Shown here piece after piece: positions 58,501-64,000 of a stretch of 64,000 bases of DNA. The notes beneath the pieces were generated by a model. It was not told the DNA's origin. It made no database searches and worked only from the letters and a program-made list of their open reading frames with translations. The position numbers and the translations under genes are program-made. Source of the DNA: a virus. Location: IMG/VR virus record IMGVR_UViG_3300048837_000614, positions 21,920-85,919 of that record; one strand, given 5' to 3'. How positions within the stretch are numbered: the first letter of the stretch is position 1; each line of letters opens with the position of its first letter.

Positions 58501-58961
58501 GATTCATCTACAGTAATCTCTTTTAAATCTGTATAGAAGTTCTTTTGATTAACGATATCATCTATCATGACATCTGTTACATCTCTAACACCATCGCTAA
58601 TGTATCTGAAGAAGCGTAGCAATTCAATGAACTTATCTCTTGTGAAATTAGTTCTGTCTAATCTGATTAACATATCCTTCATCTTGAATAGATCGAAGAA
58701 CCCTGAACCGATTGCAAAAGCACCACGATAATTCTTTTCTAACTTGTCACAGTAATACTTTGGTGATTCTAAGAATAGTTGAATACCATGTTCTTTAAGT
58801 ACTAACATGATTGCATAAATATCATCGAGTGTTACTTTAGGCATTGATGCAATGGTCTTTAAAGCTAATTCTAATGGTGTTCTGTAATCTACAATACTAA
58901 GTGATGTACGATCTACATCTTTGTTGTAATAACGTGCTAACAAAATGTCTGTTGTTCTCAT
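55521..58961 (-). CDS. Single-chain two-barrel DNA-dependent RNA polymerase (non-virion type), 1146 aa
   Basis: Beta-like VPTMIKGVYTLG, INPFNMHNHQSFR, TYDGQRLIH, GVKIAFQGFDKGV, INVASRKNFGVLFE; beta'-like LYGKYGKI, LRNPS, EVNP..WQRQGGDFDGDQ (DFDGD at 56517-56531); AGGAG RBS. Confidence 0.88.
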   Translation of the reverse strand: MRTTDILLARYYNKDVDRTSLSIVDYRTPLELALKTIASMPKVTLDDIYAIMLVLKEHGIQLFLESPKYYCDKLEKNYRGAFAIGSGFFDLFKMKDMLIRLDRTNFTRDKFIELLRFFRYISDGVRDVTDVMIDDIVNQKNFYTDLKEITVDESPFPFVNKKLEEFAKNQKSLSQIIYGLVDSKAGISVSLGRKFTNTYGNVLQAIKITLKGQRGDAEFIVYVPTMIKGVYTLGHNKFIMNKIYEDYADGKSTNALRGLVRSIIEGTLTFTKAYKISQDNKEILRRSLQAALNGLMFAKRKIMPTHEQILTEVHMLGREYEEVKERLMANIYYFAPFIIIGNVESQSSPFETIVEHHKFYFKEYLDPGKFNGAEILNNLGGKGYDKHRNFPLNNSRLDLFDPGYMNNKADFAVAYLEEKKSLIEINPFNMHNHQSFRNAGSAYIIGHAFETVKPDKPLTITSKLVKYIPSYNMLYAMIDYVDANGLSTYDGQRLIHKHYADKLNLFEGVKIAFQGFDKGVSRVTMDDLYCVVNGIKYPINVASLINVASRKNFGVLFEGLYNAKKFFNGNTTQEVRDFYNKPLQSEELMDLVEIFNGEESLGKHPVVLMQSFLVRDIDSSYKNDDLEDTDIDDSTEQDSKTEFKSYKLGLEWFSRARLMGAYRIVEHLLGNEDKINKDLNKLESTAEGKLYGKYGKITQRFQKEVTGFTSTVTANVSLEPGQARIYLTELEFTAFLVNIKRIDRNYDIDKAFGAYKNNVPVLLPPALQLRNPSVDDANTIFTMVTVHKASEYAKHGYSEVNPIIWQRQGGDFDGDQVIFLFFPYRFKKELHTLFGYEQRNITSYGFEFNARDILLGKPQNIFDTTDLHTLPNKYPYTDLDSLILWIGEVKKNKSYAQELLTLSKTVQTKREVLIKASSNLMTTRISKQLIGVAKTITMKATFFIEDFMNRFNITDQATKDRLRLMADEMNYKLVQPTIDIQKWSDNLQEVVKTVLLVYRMSEAVAAFIEWGFYPTYRTFAITREFGIKSQIIEKHLFNINGETIQGYKFKGSTDTKLNAEKMPYDYQAFLYAKKDLSRFAEEKMNYTALKFDYSNAGWFNTSDPKSAVNNLIDVINPNGNTFKQILSFTEEDMKEFDAVSKFYIIK

Positions 58962-58980
58962 TTTATTTCTCCTTTTTCTT

Positions 58981-59439
58981 TTACTCGACTATATTGGAGT
59001 CGATTTCTAAATATAAATCTTGTTTTAATACTAATTGCATAAACATTTGTAGTTCTACAACTGAAACTGTTTTGATAGTTCTTTCTCTTAAGAAATCGTC
59101 ATAAGAATAAATTCTATAAGTTATATTCCATACACGTTGTTCTTTTGTAACTTTGAATTGAACATATCTTGTTTCATTGAGATAATCAAACTTAACCGAT
59201 AGAGTAAATGATTTGCAATTACCTTCGACATTGAACTTAATGTCTTTAGTTGTTAAAGATAGAACTCTAGCAGCTTCACCAAGGTGAGCAGTTAGCATAT
59301 CCTTAGTAGATTGTACTTCTAATGATAGATCTCTCATGTATAATTCTAGGTCTGACATATTTTTATCCTCCTTTCTTACAGTATTTAACACGTTTAAATT
59401 TTGTTGTGTGTTCATAACACACCTCCATAAGGACTGCAT
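58981..59439 (-). CDS. Hypothetical protein co-transcribed with the RNAP gene
   Basis: Three in-frame ATGs (59439, 59415, 59358), each preceded by GGAGG. Confidence 0.65.
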   Translation of the reverse strand: MQSLWRCVMNTQQNLNVLNTVRKEDKNMSDLELYMRDLSLEVQSTKDMLTAHLGEAARVLSLTTKDIKFNVEGNCKSFTLSVKFDYLNETRYVQFKVTKEQRVWNITYRIYSYDDFLRERTIKTVSVVELQMFMQLVLKQDLYLEIDSNIVE

Positions 59440-59662
59440 ATTTGTTTATGCCTCCATCCTTTCACCAATACTCGATCATGTTGTGGTCCAATAAGACTCA
59501 TATAACATGGGGGTGGTTTCAAAATTGACCCCCCGGCTTTTTACCCCTATATATATAAATATATATTAGCCCACCCCCCCTACTCTAAAATCTATACAAT
59601 GTAAACAAAGTAAAAAAAAGAAACAATAAAATCTCCCTCTCTACTACCCTTCACTTCCTCTC

Positions 59663-59673
59663 TGTGCTATAAT
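59663..59673 (+). promoter_or_regulatory. Extended -10 promoter for the packaging operon
   Basis: TGTG-C-TATAAT, followed by GAGGTG RBS and GTG at 59693. Confidence 0.65.
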
Positions 59674-59692
59674 AAGCGTAAGAGGTGATAAA

Positions 59693-59968
59693 GTGTACAA
59701 GGAAAATAAAATCGTTATAGGGCCTAAAACAAAAGACATAGCACTGTATATTGAACATACCATCAAAGACAATCAAATCATTTTAGCTAAAGACGGAGTT
59801 GAGGAAACCAACTTAGTTGAGGCGACTAATCTATGGGATATGGAACATGCGAATGCGGTGTTAAAGACATTACAAAACAATAGGGATAAGTTTTATGAGC
59901 CTGGTTGGGTGGACACGCTTTATATTTTTGAAGTGGAGATTGAAGCAAGAAAGAAGGAGATCGTATGA
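59693..59968 (+). CDS. Hypothetical protein
   Basis: GAGGTG RBS, GTG start. Confidence 0.65.
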   Translation: MYKENKIVIGPKTKDIALYIEHTIKDNQIILAKDGVEETNLVEATNLWDMEHANAVLKTLQNNRDKFYEPGWVDTLYIFEVEIEARKKEIV

Positions 59969-60165
59969 GATTAAATCCAAATCACGAGAAAGACGGACAG
60001 GACGCTTGGGATAAGTATAAATTATCTTATGGGCAAAAGGTTAAGTTTGAAGGGGAAGAAGTAACAATTATTGGAATTGGCTACGGACTTCTTTTAGACG
60101 GTAAGGCTAAGATTGACACGGATCAAGGTGTTAGGATTGTAGACGTTAAAGAGCTTGAGGTGTAG
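59965..60165 (+). CDS. Small SH3/KOW-like hypothetical protein
   Basis: AAGGAG RBS; YGQKVKF..VTIIGIG pattern. Confidence 0.6.
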   Translation: MRLNPNHEKDGQDAWDKYKLSYGQKVKFEGEEVTIIGIGYGLLLDGKAKIDTDQGVRIVDVKELEV

Positions 60166-60167
60166 GC

Positions 60168-60674
60168 ATGGGTATTTTAAATAAGGATCTTTTTACAGAG
60201 GACGAGTTAAATAGTTCGAAGACACGGTTTAATTTACTCATTTATTACTTTAATAAGGTCGCTGAAGAGTATCCGGATAAAGTCGATCAAATGACGTATA
60301 TTGAATTTCATAAGTATTCAAAGGAACAACTCAAGGTTGAAGAGTGGATTGAGTTCTTTTCGGATTATCGGGTAAGTATGTTATTGGATAAGCTGATGCT
60401 CATTAACATGCGTTCGAATATTAATAGACTGATTAACTCAGAAGATAAGAGCGTGGCAGGAAGTCAAAAGTTAAATGCGGCTCTCAATTTTTTAGGGAAG
60501 TATTTTGAAGACGCAATGAATAGAGATTCGGTTAAGTATATTTACACGTCGGTTCCATTAACACCTGCAGAGGAAAAATCGAGAGACGCTAGAACGTTAC
60601 TCATTAAACCAAAGGTCAACCCACATAACCCTGCGGTACCTGGAACGTCTACGGGAAAAGCAGTTAATGGCTAA
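60168..60674 (+). CDS. Probable terminase small subunit
   Basis: Helical 168-aa ORF directly upstream of and overlapping TerL (positional inference). Confidence 0.5.
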   Translation: MGILNKDLFTEDELNSSKTRFNLLIYYFNKVAEEYPDKVDQMTYIEFHKYSKEQLKVEEWIEFFSDYRVSMLLDKLMLINMRSNINRLINSEDKSVAGSQKLNAALNFLGKYFEDAMNRDSVKYIYTSVPLTPAEEKSRDARTLLIKPKVNPHNPAVPGTSTGKAVNG

Positions 60675-62361
60675 GTTTACAAAGTGTCCTCGGTGCGGTG
60701 CTTCCTTAAGACCTACGAAAGCATTGTCCGGTGGAAACTCGATCTTTTGGAAAGAGTGTTCCAATTCGTTTTGTGGAACGATGGTGGACACGTTTGAACC
60801 GTATGGTATGCAATACAACTTTTTGAAAGACCCACATCCGATTAAAGGTGTGTTCGGTGGTTATGGATCTGGTAAGTCGAGAGGTGTTATTAAAGACGTT
60901 GAAAAACACGGTGCAATTACACCGGGTGGACATATTGCGATTATTGGTTTTACGTATAGAGTTATTAACCGTAACTTCAAAAAAGACTTCGATGAAGACT
61001 TTCCTGTAGCTTTGGTTAGACAATCAAGCGGTGAGAAAACACCTGGCTTTAACGCTAAGGATATGGTGTATACACTTAAGAACGGTTGCAAGATAGAACT
61101 TATTACAGCTGATAATGTCATTAAATTAAGAGGTCTAAACGCAACAAAGATTGTTTTACTAGAAGCAAGTAATATTACGTATGAAATCTTTGAGGCACTT
61201 AAATCAAGACTTAGAAATCAAGCTGCATCGGTCCCAAAGTTAAACGATAAAGGACAACAAGAGTTTGAGTTAAACATTCAAACAGGTGAGATGGTACCTT
61301 TAACGGAAGCTGAATGGCATACCATGACACTTGAATCAAACCCTGAAGGGAATTGGATCCAAACAGACTTCTTATTAAAGGCTGACCGTATTCAATTCTA
61401 TGGAAACTCATATAATAAGTATCAATATTTAGTCGATCAGATCAATAAAGATTATTCACTACATATTTCAGCAACGGATGCCAATCCATATCTTCCAAAG
61501 AACTACTTGGAGATTAACACGAGAGGTAAACCTGAACACGAAATCAAACGATTCTATTATGGGTCTTTCTTATTCGTTGCGAATATGGTGCATCCAAAGA
61601 TTCACCAGGCATTGATAGATCCATACCCAATCAACTTAAATGACCCAGACATCTTTGTTATCATTGGTTACGACTACGGTCTATATGATCCTTCCGTATT
61701 TGAGTTTGGTGTTGTAAACTTTAAACGGCACACTGTAACATTCTTTGACGAGATAGAAGTTATTGATATGTCGGTTAAACAAATAGCTGAAGCTTTTAGA
61801 AAAAAACTATCTGTGATTCCAGATGGAAAACTCTTGTTCATTCCAAAGATGGATGCGAAGAGCTATTCAAAAAGAGGTGGAGATAAAGTTTCTTTAGGCT
61901 CTATGTTTGAAGACGCAGGTCTTATCTTTGACCCTGTGCAAGAAGCACCAAAGGAAAGAGTTATTAAGACGAACTCGTTAATTGATAACGGACAACTCTT
62001 TATCTTTAGAACACTTAAGCTCGCTGAAGAACTTAGAACAAGAAGACGTAAGGTTAATTCCAAGGGTGAAGCAACAGATGAACTCGTGGATAAACATAAC
62101 CATAGAGGCGATGCTATGGAGTTTGCTTTAATCAAACTTCCTATTAACTTAGAGAAAATGACCTTAGCTGATTATCTTCGCCCAGGAGAAAGAGTTATTG
62201 CTGATTTAAAGCGTAAAAAAGATAAACCTATTTTAGACGATAAACAAAAATTAATACAATCGATGAATCCTCTTAACTTCACAAAGGAAAAAGATTACGA
62301 AGAACATGACTATAACGAAGAAGAATATGATACAATTATAAGTAAACTTTCTGGAATTTAA
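60667..62361 (+). CDS. terL: Terminase large subunit with N-terminal Cys4 zinc ribbon
   Basis: Walker A GGYGSGKS, KLRG, ESNP coupling motif, DANPYLP, nuclease IGYDYG..DP, HNHRGDAMEF. Confidence 0.92.
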   Translation: MAKFTKCPRCGASLRPTKALSGGNSIFWKECSNSFCGTMVDTFEPYGMQYNFLKDPHPIKGVFGGYGSGKSRGVIKDVEKHGAITPGGHIAIIGFTYRVINRNFKKDFDEDFPVALVRQSSGEKTPGFNAKDMVYTLKNGCKIELITADNVIKLRGLNATKIVLLEASNITYEIFEALKSRLRNQAASVPKLNDKGQQEFELNIQTGEMVPLTEAEWHTMTLESNPEGNWIQTDFLLKADRIQFYGNSYNKYQYLVDQINKDYSLHISATDANPYLPKNYLEINTRGKPEHEIKRFYYGSFLFVANMVHPKIHQALIDPYPINLNDPDIFVIIGYDYGLYDPSVFEFGVVNFKRHTVTFFDEIEVIDMSVKQIAEAFRKKLSVIPDGKLLFIPKMDAKSYSKRGGDKVSLGSMFEDAGLIFDPVQEAPKERVIKTNSLIDNGQLFIFRTLKLAEELRTRRRKVNSKGEATDELVDKHNHRGDAMEFALIKLPINLEKMTLADYLRPGERVIADLKRKKDKPILDDKQKLIQSMNPLNFTKEKDYEEHDYNEEEYDTIISKLSGI

Positions 62362-62380
62362 TGTATAATGAAAATATAAA
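62362..62380 (+). promoter_or_regulatory. Promoter-like element upstream of the portal gene
   Basis: TATAATGAAAATATAAA, 16/17 identical to 10815-10831. Confidence 0.5.
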
Positions 62381-62392
62381 TGAGGTGTTGAT

Positions 62393-64000
62393 ATGGCGAA
62401 GAAAAAAGAAACCGAAAAAATAGAGGTTGAAAAAAAGGTAGAAGAAACAAAAAACGTTGTACCTGAAACAAACATTAAGGACATCGTTTCGATGTACCAA
62501 TCGTACAAAGCAGCAAAGGCACCAACCGTGCAAAGATGGAATCGTATCAAAGCTTTCTTTGATGGCGAGTTCTGGGAGAAGTTCAAGGAAAAGGTTAAAG
62601 AGTACACACTTATTCCTGATACGAACTACGTTGAATATGTAACTACAGCCTATATCAACTCTATTTATTCAGGTGTTTACATTCCAGAAGTCATTGCGAC
62701 AGACTTACAAATGCAAGAACTAGCTCAACAACTTTCCGCTTATATTCATGCTGAATTCATCCGTAAAGGTATCAAGTCAGAAATGACGGGGTGGGGTGAA
62801 AATGTTATGCTATATAACATGCAACCGGTCAAGACTTTTTTGAACAAAAGAGAAAAAGACGCTGATTGGGAAACGATTAACCCATTCGGAATCTTCTTAG
62901 ATCCTTCAGTTTCTGACTTTAGAAAAGGTGAAGCGGTGTTCATCGTTAAAGATACGAACATCTACACACTCCTTAAGGACCCAAGATTTAATGCAAAGAT
63001 TAAAGACTATCTATTAACTCATGACGAAAACGGAACAGAGTTAGAAGCCGTCAATATCTTCGATCAGGAGCCTGACATGGAAAGATTTACAACTACAGGT
63101 AACAAGACTGTTTCAATTCTTGAATACTATATTAGAACAAAAGAAGGTATCAACAACGGCTTCATTATGAATGAGAGATTACTTCTTCACGAGAAGAAAG
63201 GTATCATTCCTGATGATTTCCCTATCGATATCTTATACCATAGAAAACCAAATGGTAACCCATATGGTAAACCACTGATTTATAAGATCCTTAACTCATA
63301 CATCACACTTAATCTATTAGATAGTATGGATGCAACTCAACCATACCTTGCACAAAATAGACCGAAGTTCTTCGACTTAAAGAGCAGAATCAACCCGAGA
63401 GCGTTTATCGATTACGGTAACACTCCTGGTTCTACATTCCCACTCTTTGGAGAACCTACAAAAGCTGTGCATTACCAAGATATTCAATTCGTTCCAGACT
63501 CTACCAATATCAAGATCAGACTTGAGAACGGTATCTATAACGTAACAGGTGTCGACATGGCATATCGTGGTAGACAAACAAACTCGATTACGACAACCGG
63601 TGGCATTGAACAGCAACAAGCCAGAGTTATTATGCTTACAGATAACGGTCCAATCGTAGCTCTCGAGACATTCATAGAATCTTTAGCTAAAAGAAGATTG
63701 ATGTTTGTTAAAGAATACCTAGATGAAATCGAAGTACCGAAAAATAACTTCATCAAAGAAATGGTTAAGGTTAATCTTAAGGACGTAGATCTCAATAAGA
63801 TGTCGTTCATTCTAGAATCTAAACCATATCTTCCAATGACTAAGAAGACGTTGTTTGAAACACTTAAACAATTATATGAAATGCAAGGTCAGTATCAATT
63901 CCAAATTAAACTTATTCAAGAAGAAGATTTACTTGATGAACTTCCAATCGATCCAATCAGACGTTCTAAACTTCTACAAAGAATTGCAAGTGAGAAACAA
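62393..64000 (+). CDS. Portal protein (podovirus-type), 3'-truncated by the window; absent from the ORF track
   Basis: GAGGTG RBS; open frame to the window end (MAKKKETEK...RWNRIKAFFDGEFW...TNYVE...INPFGIFLDPSVSDF...IYNVTGVD); directly after TerL. Confidence 0.8.
   Translation, partial: MAKKKETEKIEVEKKVEETKNVVPETNIKDIVSMYQSYKAAKAPTVQRWNRIKAFFDGEFWEKFKEKVKEYTLIPDTNYVEYVTTAYINSIYSGVYIPEVIATDLQMQELAQQLSAYIHAEFIRKGIKSEMTGWGENVMLYNMQPVKTFLNKREKDADWETINPFGIFLDPSVSDFRKGEAVFIVKDTNIYTLLKDPRFNAKIKDYLLTHDENGTELEAVNIFDQEPDMERFTTTGNKTVSILEYYIRTKEGINNGFIMNERLLLHEKKGIIPDDFPIDILYHRKPNGNPYGKPLIYKILNSYITLNLLDSMDATQPYLAQNRPKFFDLKSRINPRAFIDYGNTPGSTFPLFGEPTKAVHYQDIQFVPDSTNIKIRLENGIYNVTGVDMAYRGRQTNSITTTGGIEQQQARVIMLTDNGPIVALETFIESLAKRRLMFVKEYLDEIEVPKNNFIKEMVKVNLKDVDLNKMSFILESKPYLPMTKKTLFETLKQLYEMQGQYQFQIKLIQEEDLLDELPIDPIRRSKLLQRIASEKQ

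Noticed and set aside
1-64000. Alternative genetic code (TGA or TAG recoding)
   Set aside because: Long ORFs are intact in the standard code, and TGA stops are used in ATGA overlaps.

Overview
A low-GC tailed-phage genome segment in standard genetic code. Strong GGAGG/GAGGT ribosome-binding sites and TRTGnTATAAT promoters suggest a Bacillota- or Mollicutes-type host (inference). There are three blocks. (1) A rightward structural block at 1-25700 holds a repeat-containing tail/receptor protein, a podovirus-type tail nozzle with an inserted staphylococcal-nuclease domain, membrane proteins, a Q-rich ejection-like protein and a 4949-aa protein containing a two-barrel (beta/beta'-like, DFDGD) RNA polymerase. 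(2) A leftward early/middle block at 25819-59439 holds a RuvC-like resolvase, primase, dUTPase, PcfJ/PcfK-like proteins, a minimal family-A polymerase, SSB, ERF, SNF2 helicase, exonuclease, beta-clamp, HNH, UvrD-nuclease, methyltransferase, MazG and many small ORFs. It also holds a ~1.2-kb highly base-paired non-coding region and a second, stand-alone 1146-aa two-barrel RNA polymerase. (3) A rightward packaging block starts at 59693 (probable TerS, TerL, portal running off the end). The strongest leads are the two-RNAP transcription system with candidate hairpin and AT-rich promoter motifs, and the large structured RNA locus next to the second RNAP. All calls come from motif reading by eye; no searches or folding programs were run.
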